From Octopus vulgaris (lineage: Eukaryota), in NCBI GenBank assembly GCA_951406725.2, contig OX597815.1:195238001-195302000 (forward strand): a stretch of 64,000 bases of DNA, read 5' to 3'. Positions within the stretch are counted from its first letter, which is position 1; each line of letters opens with the position of its first letter. Below are positions 26,620-40,082 of this stretch, in pieces. The translations under genes were made by a program, and so were the position numbers. The notes beneath the pieces were generated by a model. The model made no database searches. It was not told the DNA's origin and saw only the letters and a program-made list of their open reading frames with translations.

Positions 26620-28497
26620 TTTATTTCATGAAATGAAGAATGGTGATAATAAGCCTTTTTAAAACTCTGTCTAAACTGTCAGTTTCATTTTTTGCGTGTA
26701 TATCTAAACTCATAGTTTTATCTTTGACTGACAAAACTTTGCACGGTCCAGTGTATTTATAATGCAGTGAATGATGAGTGGTATCGTTACGTAGAAATAT
26801 ACGAGTCCACGATTTAATATCAGCAGACAAAAAACTTTTGGAAAAGAAAGAATATCAGGCAGAAATCTTTTAAGTCTCGATACGTAGCTTGAAATATCTT
26901 CTATTGTTGTGTGGACGCCCCCAAATGATGAAGTAGGCTAGCCCAATACGTAGATATAGAGGGAGAAGTCTAGACGTCAGGAGTAGAATGAACAGTAGAC
27001 TAGTGTTGTATAGCGGTAAGAGTGGAGTCGAGTTGAGTAGAAGGCATCCGAACGTGAAACATAACATCTATGAAAGAAACCAGTTCGTCAAACATCTGAT
27101 TGGGCAACGTTAAAGGAGTTCTATACAAAAGTTCAGCTGGTGAAAATTGCAAATTTTCCTTAATAGTACTCCTGATTCCCAATTATATAAGAAGCAAAGC
27201 CTCTAAACAACCTTTAGGATCAGAATAAATTCATAAAGCTGCTTTTAACTGACGATGAAATCTCAGTTTCCATTGGACTGTGGGTGATAAACAGTTGTTC
27301 GAATCCTATGAATTCCCAAAAATTTATTAAATTTTGCAAAAGGGGTAGATTCACATTGATTTCCACGGTCTGTTGCGAAATCCAATTACTGAATATAGTT
27401 TTGGTTATAATCACTGCACATGTGTCTGATTAGAAAAACTTCAAGCCAACGTGAAAAACGATCAATACAGGTTCACAAAAATTCATTACCTTCTACAGGA
27501 GGTAATGGTCCAACTATGTCCATATGTGTGTTCAAATCTACCATCAGGGTTCCTAAAGTCCCTAATGGTGCTTTAACAAGCGGATTCCCTTTTGCTTTTT
27601 GAAGCTGTATAAAAGACTGGACCAAAGAACGAATATCCCTATTCATTCCATGCCAGACAAGTCGATTTGATATCACTTTCATTGATGCCGCAATACCAGG
27701 AGGCGATAAGTTATTTAAGGTAGAAAAAACAATTTTTCTGCGCTGTTCAGGCACAAATGGTCTAGAAAATCCTGTGGAAATATCACAGCAGATAAGTAAT
27801 TTAATAGAATGAATTGGCAATAACTTGAATTTCCAAGCAGTGGAACTGGAATCTTTATACTGAGAAAATTCCTTATTGGCTGTTTGATCTTTAGACATTT
27901 CTTCTATATCAATTGAACTCAAAGAAGGTAGTGCACCGATATTAATGCGAGAAAGAGCATCAGCTGCAGAAATTTAACATCTTTGATATACCTTATATTC
28001 ACATTGATATATAATCAAGGTGTTTGACTTCTTTACGAGAATATTTTTGAGAAGGATTTCTTAGTGCATGTGTCAACGGTTTATGATCAGTAAATAAGGT
28101 GAATGACCTACCTTCAAGAAGATGCTTGATGTGTTTAATTGACAGATAAGCGGCCAGCAATTTTCTGCCGAAAATGCTGTATTTCGCCACTGGTGCCTTG
28201 AACGTTTAGAAAAAAATGATAAAAGTTGCCAACGACCACATTTAAATTTGTGTAAAACTCCACCAATTCCAGTATCGGAAGCATCAACTATCATTGGTAA
28301 TCTCGCTTCAGGAACCTGGTAGGTTAAGAGTATTGCTTCTCTAAGTTCGTTTTGAATTCAATGCAAAGCTTGTAACTTTTCTCTTCTAAAGTAATTGCTT
28401 CGGTTTTCCTTTTCCAATATTTCAACAATTCCGTTAAATGGAATAAACTTTCCGTGTAGTTAGGCATAAATCGTCTGTAAACATTAATGAATCCCAA

Positions 28498-28500
<3 letters not shown>
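26620..28500 (-). pseudogene. Gypsy (Ty3) LTR retrotransposon pol relic: RT end, RNase H, integrase
   Basis: IVDASDTGIGGVL, FTLFTDHKPL, HMDIVGPLP, YTGPCKV (GPY/F-like). Many frameshifts; truncated at the (TA)n tract at 28501. Confidence 0.9.
26905..27066 (+). mobile_element. Solo LTR (162 bp) inside the Gypsy relic
   Basis: TGTTGTG...CATAACA termini; perfect 5-bp TSD TCTAT (26900-26904 and 27067-27071). Confidence 0.9.
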
Positions 28501-28556
<56 letters not shown>

Positions 28557-28694
28557 ATAAAATATTAGGGAATAAATCCAAACTTACAGGGAAAAATCAG
28601 ATTTAGGATTGAATCCAATTTTATAGTAAAATATTATATTATATTAAATTAGAGATAAAACCACTATTAGGCAAATCAAACAAGGAAAAACTTA

Positions 28695-30682
28695 GTTAGT
28701 TAGTTAGTTAATTTGGCTCAAAAGCAAATAGCAAGGCCATGTAGGGGGACATGGAGTTAAGTACAGAGTGGTGTTCATGTAAAGAGTTCAGGCCACTTGA
28801 GGTCCAGGGAGGCTTTGAACAAAGCGGTCGTCGGCATCTTCACCATCTCGTCTGGCAGCTTGTTCCACGGATCCGCAACTCGGACGGAGAAAGCTCCTCT
28901 CCTTCGATTGAGATGAAATCGTCGCAGGTAGAGCTTTTCGGAATGACCCCGCAGCCGACGCTCCGGAGCAGGAGTGAAGAACAGCTCTTTCGAGAGGTTA
29001 CACTTCCCGCTTATGATGTTGTGGGCGAGAATGAGATCACCACGGCGGCGGCGTTTTTCAAGAGAATAAAGGTCGAGCGTCCTCAGCCTTTCTTCGTAGG
29101 ACAAATTTTTGAGACCATGAACCATGCGGGTAGCCAGCCTCTGGACTCTTTCGAGATGCTGTATGTCTTTGAGGAGATAAGGAGAAGAGGCTTGAATCCC
29201 ATACTCCAATATGGGTCTCACCAGCGTGACATAGAGTGGCAGGAATATGGCTGCTGTGAGCATTCCGAATGACCGTCGAATCAAAGACAGAATTCCGCGC
29301 GCTTTGTTGGCAGCATGGACGCACTGGGCCGAAGGCGAAAAGGAGGAATCCACCAAGATACCCAGGTCCTTTACCTGATCGGTCCTCTCCAGCAGCAGAC
29401 GACCCGGCTCGAAATCAAGTTGAGTTGTAGGAGTAGAGCCGACAGGCAGATGACAGCACTTTGACACGTTCAGACACAGGTCCCAATCGTTAGAACACTT
29501 CCAAATTTGGTGGAGGCATCGACGAAGATCCTCTATACTACCGCGAGGAGCGACCAGTTTGATATCGTCGGCAAATAGAAGGGTGTGTTGCGTGAGGTCG
29601 TCGGGCAAGTCATTTATGAAGACTAAGAACAACAAGGGCCCAAGCACTGAAACTTGAGGCACGCCACTGCTCGCACTGGAGACGTCGGACCGCGAACCAT
29701 TAACTTGAACTTGGAAGGAGCGATCTGAGAGGAAGGCACCAACCCATCGTACAATATCCGGATGGAAACTATATGCTTGAAGCTTGACAAGTAGTAGGCG
29801 GTGGTTTACCGAGTCAAAAGCTTTGGCAAAGTCCAATAAAACGATGTCAACAGCATCACTATCATCGAGGATGCGCGTCACCAATTCTTCCATTACTAGT
29901 AAGTTGGTCAAGCATGATCTCTTCGGCACGAAGCCGTGTTGGGAATCAGTGATCGAGGCTGTGTTTAGGAGTTGGAGCATCATACTTTTCTTAAGGATGG
30001 TTTCGAACATCTTGCTGATTATTGATGTAAGGGAAACCGATCGGTAGTTAAGCGGGTCTTCGCGGCTCCCTTTCTTGAAAATTGGGCAGATTATCGCTGT
30101 TCTCCAGTCTGCAGGTATAACACCCGTCGCCAATGACATATTGAATAGTCGTGTTAAGGGCTCGCAGATGACCGGAGCCAACGCTTTGATAACCCGTGGG
30201 TGTATGCCGTCAGGGCCGTGACCCTTGTTGACATCGAGGCCTTGAATAACACGTTTGACTTCGTCCCGCGTGATGATCAATCGAAGCATTGGAGGTACCG
30301 ATCTATCAAATGGAGGGGGTTCACGACCATCATCTTGTTTGAAAATAGTTGAAAAAGCCTCGGCAAATAATTGACTCTGTTGATAAGGGTCCTCAATCGA
30401 TACGCCTGTTGAGTCTACCAACGTTGCAATCTGGTTGTTCAAGCGGGAATTCCGCTGGACATGGGCAAAGAAGGTTTTTGGATTGCTACTGGCATTTGCC
30501 GCGATTTTGTATTCATAACTGAAACGTTCTTTCTTTTCAATTTTCACGGCTCGGTCTCGTTGAGTTTTGTACACCTCAAAAGCTGCAGTCGAATCTAGAT
30601 TTTTGAATTCAGCCCAAGCAATATCTCTGAGTCGACGTTCTCGTTTAACCTTCTTCGTCACCCAGGGCTTGTGTTTCTTCCT
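28695..30682 (-). mobile_element. 5'-truncated CR1-group LINE
   Basis: Sharp GC-rich block, (CTAA)n 3' tail at 28695-28710, short 3' UTR, CTTA at both junctions. Confidence 0.92.
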
Positions 30683-30697
30683 CTTAAGCCAATACAT
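28775..30697 (-). CDS. LINE ORF2 reverse transcriptase fragment (endonuclease missing; the first few codons come from flanking DNA)
   Basis: GPDGIHP, LDFAKAFDSV, SGVPQxSVLGP, LFADD, LVRPILEY, RGHSEKL, VADPWNKLP motifs in an uninterrupted 640-aa frame. Confidence 0.9.
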   Translation of the reverse strand: MYWLKRKKHKPWVTKKVKRERRLRDIAWAEFKNLDSTAAFEVYKTQRDRAVKIEKKERFSYEYKIAANASSNPKTFFAHVQRNSRLNNQIATLVDSTGVSIEDPYQQSQLFAEAFSTIFKQDDGREPPPFDRSVPPMLRLIITRDEVKRVIQGLDVNKGHGPDGIHPRVIKALAPVICEPLTRLFNMSLATGVIPADWRTAIICPIFKKGSREDPLNYRSVSLTSIISKMFETILKKSMMLQLLNTASITDSQHGFVPKRSCLTNLLVMEELVTRILDDSDAVDIVLLDFAKAFDSVNHRLLLVKLQAYSFHPDIVRWVGAFLSDRSFQVQVNGSRSDVSSASSGVPQVSVLGPLLFLVFINDLPDDLTQHTLLFADDIKLVAPRGSIEDLRRCLHQIWKCSNDWDLCLNVSKCCHLPVGSTPTTQLDFEPGRLLLERTDQVKDLGILVDSSFSPSAQCVHAANKARGILSLIRRSFGMLTAAIFLPLYVTLVRPILEYGIQASSPYLLKDIQHLERVQRLATRMVHGLKNLSYEERLRTLDLYSLEKRRRRGDLILAHNIISGKCNLSKELFFTPAPERRLRGHSEKLYLRRFHLNRRRGAFSVRVADPWNKLPDEMVKMPTTALFKASLDLKWPELFT

Positions 30698-30869
30698 AAA
30701 ATTAATTAATTTATATTATTTCAAATATATATCAAAAGTATTAAAAGTTTAATAAAAGATAATAATAATACTTTTGATATATATTTGAAATAACATAAAT
30801 TAATTAATTTTATGTATTGGCTTAAGTTTTTCATTGTTTGATTTGCCTAATAGTGGCTTTATCTCTAAT

Positions 30870-30930
<61 letters not shown>

Positions 30931-31048
30931 AGATTCAGATGAATTATGTACATAAGTCGAAGCACCAAAAAATTATTGCGGTTTTATCCGCACAACTGAA
31001 AATAAGGTGAATAAAATCAAAATAAGTAACGTGATATCCAGAAGGGAA

Positions 31049-31132
31049 GCAGTACAACCGTTTCAAGCGGCTCCATTTAATTGAACAGTGCAATCATTAC
31101 ATAAATTTAAATACAGGGCTATCCTCAGCTGC
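31049..31132 (-). ncRNA. Type I hammerhead ribozyme
   Basis: gcag-CTGAGGA-TAGC...GCTT-GAAA-C-GGTT-GTA-ctgc; stem I is gcag/ctgc. Confidence 0.85.
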
Positions 31133-31572
31133 ATAATTAAATAGAATTTTTCAATCAGTCGGACACATTAATATTATTTTACTTAAATACTCTAATAGAG
31201 TAAGAATTCAGACAAAGTCCATGCTGCCAGCACTTCCTCTTAGACGTTTGTAAGACATCAGAAAAAAACATTCATCAGTAATTACACTTTTAATTCCTTT
31301 CTATAGTGTTCCATACTACTGATCATGTTATTATTTTTATAAAGGCCTTTATGTAAGTAGTCCTCCAAATTATACACCCCTAGGAAAGTATATTATCATG
31401 TATGTACTATCACTGGTAACTTTACAACTTATAATATACCTCTTAGCTTATAATTAATATATAGCTAGCATGTTATATCGCCTCAGTATTCCATTAGTAA
31501 ATACGTAGAAGAGTCTTTATTGATACCACCCAATAAGTAAATAATTACGTATATGATAGAATATTAAGTAAA

Positions 31573-31871
31573 TCTTTATATATAAAAGTGAAGTTGTGTG
31601 TCTGTCTCCTACGATTTAGATTCCTAGCTACTCCCACATTTTGCGGTGCAGTGTAACCAAAAGCGGGTATCTTATAGTCGTGATTCATATCGAGCCCTTC
31701 TGGGTATTAGCGCGCGTCTACGATGAGTCTACGATTTAAAGAAAAAATTACCATCAGTTTTTCCCATTTTTAATGCATTTTTTTGCTATTATATAAGGGA
31801 AGTAACTCTCTAAAAATGCTTATATAGTTATTTCCCTTACAAACCCGAGCAACGCCGGGCGATACTGCCAG
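31573..31871 (+). mobile_element. Non-autonomous Helitron (internally deleted relative to 11336-11846)
   Basis: 5' TC, hairpin cccgagcaacgccggg, 3' CCAG (CTAG variant), A|T insertion. Empty site is visible in the paralogous repeat at ~32206-32230. Confidence 0.8.
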
Positions 31872-32790
31872 TTCTATATAATCTTCCATTTCTATTATTG
31901 ATAATATAGCATATATACTTCATCATGGTTTTAGTGATGAAATTATTCATTCCTTTCTATGGTATTCTACCCTACTGATCATATTATTTTTATAATGGCC
32001 TTTATATAAGTAGACCGTCTAATTATGTACCCCAGGGAATTTACATTAGGTTGTATATAATAGCCCCGGTAACTTCAAAACTTAAAATATACCTCTTAGC
32101 TAATAATTGATATGCAGTTAGCATGTTTTATCGCCCCAGTATTCTTTTAGTAAATACCGGGATCAGTCTTTATACCACCTCATAAATGTTTAAGTATATG
32201 AATGAATATTAAACTAATTCTATATAATTTTCTCTCTGTCTCTATTGTTGAAAATTTTGGTATATATTCAAAATATATCTTTTTGGTTATATTTGTCCTG
32301 ATAATCCTAAATTTTATTTTCGTACAACATAACAATATTGTTTAAATCAATCACCTATAGTACCCCATGAAAAATTTTCTCTGTATTATCATCTAGGGTT
32401 TTATTAGTATCTGCCCCTTTAACTGGTAGTTAACATCTTGATTTGAGGTCTTCCACTACCCAACCGCCTTATAGTCAGTTACTTTATACTACTTCAAAAT
32501 AATCTTAACAAGTTTTATGACTATACCCACTATATTCTGTCAGTCCTGCCCTTTCCTAACAAACACAACTCTCTAGTCTTAGATTTGGTAATTGATAAGC
32601 AAGACGGATAGATTAAAACTGAACCAAAATCCGTAACACGCTATGACCCCAACAATTTTTTTCCTGATGTCTTAGAAATTTCTAAGTAGAAATGCTGGCA
32701 GCATGGACTTTGTCTTCTTACTCTATTAGAGTATTTCAATAAAATTATATTATTGTGTCCGACTGATTAAAATATTCTATCTATTTATTT

Positions 32791-32878
32791 ATGCAGCTGA
32801 AGATAGACCTGCATTTAAATTGATGTAAGGATTGCGTTGTTCAATTAAATGGAGTCGTTTGAAACGGTCGTACAGCAT
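32791..32878 (+). ncRNA. Type I hammerhead ribozyme (inverted sister of 31049-31132)
   Basis: atgcag-CTGAAGA-TAGAC...GTCGTTT-GAAA-C-GGTC-GTA-cagcat. Confidence 0.8.
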
Positions 32879-32910
32879 CATTTCTGGATATCCTGTTACT
32901 TATTTTGATA

Positions 32911-32954
<44 letters not shown>

Positions 32955-32960
<6 letters not shown>

Positions 32961-33151
32961 GGTTCAGCAAACGTTGCTTTATCACACACCGAACTTTTAG
33001 AAATAGCAGCCAAAGAATTTAGCTATTTCCTCTACTTTAAGAAGAGTTTCCCAGATAATGTATACTCAAAAACATCAGGAAATAGCAAAATTCTTTGGCT
33101 GCTATTTAAAAGTTCGGTGTGTGGTAAAGCAATTTTTGCTGAACTCTAATT
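32955..33151. repeat. Small fold-back element next to (TA)n
   Basis: 32955-33031 is inverted against 33077-33151. Confidence 0.85.
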
Positions 33152-33400
33152 ATATAAAATTATGTTTAAATTTACCGTAAATGGTCCTTTTACATACTGA
33201 ACACTGCTTGGTAAAATTATTAATTACTAATTAATTAATTAATGTTACCCGTATCATTATTGACTATATATATATAATAAGGGTAAATAATTTCTTCGAT
33301 GGTTTTTCAAACAACCAACAATTATTTACCGGTAGTTTTCGGTATGTAAATACGACCATTAGCGGCGGGAACTTCTGGGAAGTTCAGTATATATTGTATT

Positions 33401-33662
33401 TAAGTAGAAGGGCAGGCAACAGGTTGCTTAGCCGCATACCGAAAGAATTAGAAATAGTAGTCTGAGATTGTTTATTTCTATTTTCTACAAGTGGGGCTCC
33501 ACATACGACATAACCCTGCAATTCACATGTGCATATGTGAATTGCAGGGTTATGTCGTATGTGGAGCCCCACTTGTAGAAAATAGAAATAAACAATCTCT
33601 GACTACTATTTCTAATTCTTTCGGTATGCGGCTAAGCAACCTGTTGCCTGCCCTTCTACTTA
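33401..33662. repeat. Near-perfect spacerless palindrome (~130-bp arms)
   Basis: Arms match as reverse complements with about 2 mismatches; centre cacatgtgcatatgtg. Confidence 0.95.
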
Positions 33663-33664
33663 TA

Positions 33665-33728
<64 letters not shown>

Positions 33729-34476
33729 GCATACACGCACACTTGAGCAACAGTGTGGCCGTAAGTATCCATATCAACAAATTACTGAGAAAATGACCGC
33801 ATCGTCATACAACGATTGTGTTTGTCAACCAGCAGTCGCTTATATACAACATTATCCTTGGCGGTTTATATATTTTGCGACTTCATAAAAATAATGACTA
33901 AGTCAACATGATCGAAATTTAACGTAAATGATCGGGATGCACTACATAATACTTTTTTTTCAATTCTGCTAAGTGAACGCCAACTATATACATGCATTCC
34001 CTCTTAAATCTATGTGCATAAAACCTGCGAAGATTACGCACAATTATTTAAGGAAATTGTTAGACTTCATCATTTTGTAATCATCCTCTCGCAAGATATA
34101 TTTATTCATGCATTCCAAATTGTGTAATACAGAAAGGGAATACATTTAGAATATAGAATATAATCGTGTTCGATTTTACAGAAGAATAATTCAGTTAACT
34201 TGTTATCTCTCTGCCAAGACAGAACAGTTTTGGATAGTGATTACGTTATTTCAATTCTAAAGTAGAATCGTTGTATAGAAGAGGACATCAAAGATATTAC
34301 CATTTCCTAGGTAAATACAGTTCCTAATTCATATATATTTTATTTGAAATGTTATACCGTCATATATACGTAAGTATACATAAATTCGTACAGATGCTCA
34401 ATGATGCATAGAAACATGCAACTATATACACACGTATACACACACAGGTATATACATACATGCATATATATATACA

Positions 34477-34609
<133 letters not shown>

Positions 34610-34764
34610 CTATACAGAAACATGAAGTACTTGATACAAAATGAATGTGATATAGTAAAAACATACATAGATGCGTATAAATGTATATATGTGTGTACTT
34701 AGGTATAAATCGCATAATATTTTCTGTTCATCGATTCTTTGTAGTACGGAACATTGTTTACTCT

Positions 34765-34977
34765 TTTACTCTTTTACTCTTTTACTTGTTTCAGTCATTT
34801 GACTACGGCCATGCTGGAGCACCGCCTTTAGTCGAGCAAATCGACCCCGGAACTTATCCTTTGTAAGCCCAGTACGTATTCTATCGGTCTCTTTTGCCGA
34901 ACCGCTAAGTGACGGGGACGTAAACACACCAGCATCGGTTGTCAAGCAATGCTAGGGGGACAAACACACACACACAA

Positions 34978-35045
<68 letters not shown>

Positions 35046-35215
35046 GTATATACGACAGGCTTCTTTCAGTTTCCGTCTACCAAATCCACTCACAAGGCAT
35101 TGGTCGGCCCGGGGCTATAGCAGAAAACACTTGCCCATGATGCCACGCAGTAGGACTGAACCCAAAACCATGTGGTCGGTTAGCAAGCTACTTACCACAC
35201 AGCCACTCCTCCTCC
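34765..35215 (-). mobile_element. Composite tRNA-derived SINE with internal microsatellite
   Basis: Same family as 39820-40270 and 57105-57527. Confidence 0.9.
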
Positions 35216-37467
35216 TGTTTATTGAAATTAAGTGTAAAATCACCGTGAAATCGCAGAAAGTTGAGCAATGCTTCCAACGCACTTGAAGATAAAATCGGTG
35301 AAAAATATAAAAATAGAAAATTATTCGGTTGTGTGTTATATGAAGGCCTCATTAATGATACTAAACTCTACGAACTGAAACTGTAAAAAATAAAATGAAG
35401 ACAAATGTTTTCTATCGTAAAAATATAAAGCGCATGCGCACTTAATGTTATTCCTTTCATTTCTAAAGTTACATTTACGTTTTGCGTAAGTCTCTTATAA
35501 AGACAGTCTGTATCTTATTGAAAAGAATGTCCGTCTTGTTCTATAAAAATCAATATTGCTGATAAGAAATCTGAAGAACAAACGTGTAAAAAATTGGGAA
35601 TTTGAACATTTTTCAAAAGATATAGAGATATTGCATTTAATATGATATTAAGATATAACTTGGAGACATCTATACTGCTCTATCAATTGATCTAGCTTTA
35701 GTGATACATTAACATGAAATCCAATATCTATATGAATTCATTTAACACTATTTAATCATTCTTTTTGCTGATAATTATTATGTTGCTAGATTCAGGAGTT
35801 CAATATATTTATGCAAAATAAAAGTTGCATCTGTACAGAATTTTTTTTTATCCTTATGTACACTTAAATCTTTGAAACTCTGAATTCTGACTATATTGCC
35901 GCCCCCCCCCCCCCCCACCGAATTCCATTGTATACATTTACTTCAAATTACTTTCTGTTGGTACTATTATGTAGCATTACCAAATACAGGTAAAATCGAT
36001 CTAATCTGCTCGATATGAATCTAGAAATGAAAGAACATAACAAAAGCCCTGTGAAGTTCATTTTATCTTTATTTCAAGCATATAACCCCGAATAGTTAGC
36101 GTTTTATTTCAAACGCAATTTAAGGGAAAATATGTTTCTCGTAAATTATCCACCTTTAAATTTTTTTTATAATTAAATTGGATTTTTGTTTTAAAACTGT
36201 TTAGACGTTATTTACACGCATCCAACGGTTTGCATTTCTTTTACCTTTTTAAGACAAAAATTGTCATCTATATCTACTTCGTTTAATAGTGTATGCCTTT
36301 CGCTCGTCATGTTTTTCTAACACTCATCTCTTTTCTATTAGTGATATCTTCAATAAAGATATTTCGGTAATTTACCCAGTCTTCTGCAGAGTGTAGGTAC
36401 AAAAGCTTATCGGAAAATCGTTAACTCGCTTAAATTACTGGGTGGCATAATTCAGTTTAAAGTAGATCTGAAATTGGTTATAATGTATAGGACATTTTCT
36501 TCAGTAAGTTAAATATATTACCCTTGTTCACAGATACCTAGACAGATTTTAATAATCTAATCAGTTTAGCCAATACAATAGCTGATATGAAAATGGAATT
36601 TCTACCTACGGTTTGGTAATTCAAAAGCAGGAATTCGTATATCGTCCTATAAAATGCTCTATTAATAACTTAAAATTAATTGTCAATTTCTTGTATCTGG
36701 AAAATGAAATATTTTTTAGTAGCCAATATTTTATGCGTTCGTCCAACTCCATATCTTTACATGTGTGATACTATTGAAGATTCATGAATTATAAATTGTT
36801 TATTAAGAACATTATTAGTGTGTGGGGGTTAGATATAACGTGAAGTACTTTTGAATCGTCAACGTCCTACGTAACAAGTATATTGTACTACTAATCCTAC
36901 TCCAGGAAGACTAGAAAATTTACTCCAATTGTATTTATCTGTCATTCTCTCTCCATATCCCTCTCTTCCACTCTCTCACAGTCTCTTTTACACACGCCCA
37001 TGTACACACACGCCACTACACGCACACTGAAACACTCACAGAGGCTTACATACTCACACATTCACACACACACACACATATATATCCCATAGTTTACACA
37101 TACGTGGTATTTGGTTACGAATTTCCGAAGGAAGAGTGTAAAGATAAAAGTCGGTGAGAGATATTATGTTCATGTTTAAACATGTATGATAGAGTTTCCC
37201 GTTGATTATAGAGAAGCTAACAAACCTGAAAATTTAATCAAAGAGAACAATTTCTATATAGCGAATCAACCTGCAACATTTCTTGACCGGATTTCCGAAC
37301 TATTGTATATACAACTCTCAACATCAGCCGTTGATAATTCTGTAGCCATTTTGAATAGTCTGAAGCTCGGCACTCTTGTTCAACTGGAAAAAAGCGCTTG
37401 GAAAATGTTTCCAGTCATTAAGACCAACTGCTCTTGCAAACCGCTATCCTGAGATACGTTATCTTTG

Positions 37468-37545
37468 AGACACTATAATAAGACACTGGTCGTTATAGCC
37501 TCAAATAAGACACTATAATAAGTCACTGGTCATTATAGCCTCATA
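37468..37545. repeat. Two-copy ~40-bp tandem repeat
   Basis: agacactataataag(a/t)cactggtc(g/a)ttatagcctca present twice. Confidence 0.85.
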
Positions 37546-37758
37546 TGTTTCTCTGATATTTCATTTTCTTACATCAGTTTCTCAGAATAGTACAAACCAC
37601 GTTTATAAGCAATGATGCAATAATCATAGTTCAAACCTGTTGCTTTATGATACACCGATGTATTGCGCATACGTAGGTATGTGCATATATAGCCACATAA
37701 AAGTACATGCACATATATATGTATATACACACGTGCGCACACGAACACACACAACGAC

Positions 37759-38535
<777 letters not shown>

Positions 38536-39819
38536 GAGAGAGGGGTGGGGGTATATGTATGTATTTATGCGTATATCTATTTTTGTGTGGGTATGTACCC
38601 CTGTATTCGAAATACACTGGTGTATCTTGAGCTATATATTTGAATTGTTAATATTGCGTGGTTTGTATAAATGTGGTTTGTCCTGTTCTGAAATGCTGAT
38701 GTAACAAAGTGAGAATATCAGAAATATATGAAGATATAATACGATATTATATATAGATGTGGATATCTATACATATACATATTTGTGAGTGCATGATTCA
38801 GTATATATAATTGTGTGCGTGCGTGGGTTGCGTATGCGTGTGTATGCGCGTGCGTGCATATGTGTGTCTGTGTATGTGCATGCGTGCATGTTTGTATACC
38901 TGCCGTCGAATGTGTTTGTCCGCCCAATGGAATTCTTGATGTTTTGAAATTATCTTAAATGTTCAAACCTCATATGTTTGGAAGTGTTATATGGAATCAT
39001 AAATTACACGCTCAGTTTTTCACTTTGAACTATTATCCTCCTGGGATACAGAGGTATAAAGATATAAAATTGAATAATCTCGATCACAGACAGTTTGCAT
39101 TAAGTCCACAAACTAGTACATGGAAACATTATCTTCTACGAGCTAACACTTATTCATGACTGATGTATAAACATTTTTTTTTTTTTATATTCTGAATATA
39201 ATATACGCAACATACTTGAAATTATTCCTTGGATATGATGAAATGATTTAAGGAATTTTTATAGAAACATTACACATCAGCGATTCTAGAGCTACATTTT
39301 GAATCCATAGCGTATTATTAAATGTTCTAAAGTCAATAGAGAAAGTAATTTATGTTGTGCATGTCACTTTATATAATGTAGTGACTTATTTTATGGTCTT
39401 TTTTCCATATGGTTCTCTTCCATTTTGTGAATTCTTCGCAAGAGAGACATAAAGCACATAAAGCAATCTTAATGTGTCTTTTGAATCGAAACCTCTCCAG
39501 TTCAATGTTGAGACTTTTCAGTCGTTATTACTTTCTACACAAAAAAAATGCTGTTTTATTATATTTTGATACCAGAAGAAAGTTAACCATCCTGTGTCAG
39601 TCTCTCCTATCTGAACTACTTGAGTTTTGAATACAAGAAACTTTAGAAGAATTAAGTATATAAGTGAAGTTCGATTCTTTTAAATGGAATTCGGTTTAGT
39701 TTCTTGTATTTTTCTTTCATTTTTCTGCTTTTAAGTCCATTTATTTCGTCTTGTAATCAGTAGCAAAGATTCTTGCTTATTACATTCGTAGGCCCTCCGA
39801 AGTCGGTGAGATAATATCT

Positions 39820-40029
39820 GTTACTCTTCTACTCTTTTACTTGTTTCAGTCATTTGAGTGCGGATATTCTGGAGCGCTGCCTTTTAGTCGAGCAAATGGA
39901 CACCAGGAATTATTCTTTGTAAGCCTAGTACTTATTCTATCGTTCTCTTTTGCCGAACTGCTAGGTTATGGGGACGTAAACACAGCAGCATTGGTTGTCA
40001 AGCGGTGTTAGGGGGACAATGATATACAA

Positions 40030-40082
<53 letters not shown>

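Larger units (their letters stand above)
28551..30878. mobile_element. (TA)n-flanked fold-back element interrupted by the LINE
   Basis: 28641-28694 joined to 30687-30742 is the reverse complement of 30766-30876; (TA)n on both sides. Confidence 0.8.
30930..32915. mobile_element. (TA)n-flanked ~2-kb element with inverted arms, each carrying a hammerhead
   Basis: ~31015-31270 is inverted against ~32660-32910. Internal direct repeat ~31295-31570 vs ~31950-32230. Confidence 0.8.

Noticed and set aside
28751-30047. Plus-strand and alternate-frame ORFs overlapping the LINE
   Set aside because: Shadow frames of the GC-rich RT ORF.
33384-33796. Two near-identical ORFs on opposite strands
   Set aside because: A consequence of the palindrome; no recognisable domain.
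37468-37545. Possible CRISPR-like repeat
   Set aside because: Two adjacent copies with no spacers, in eukaryotic context.
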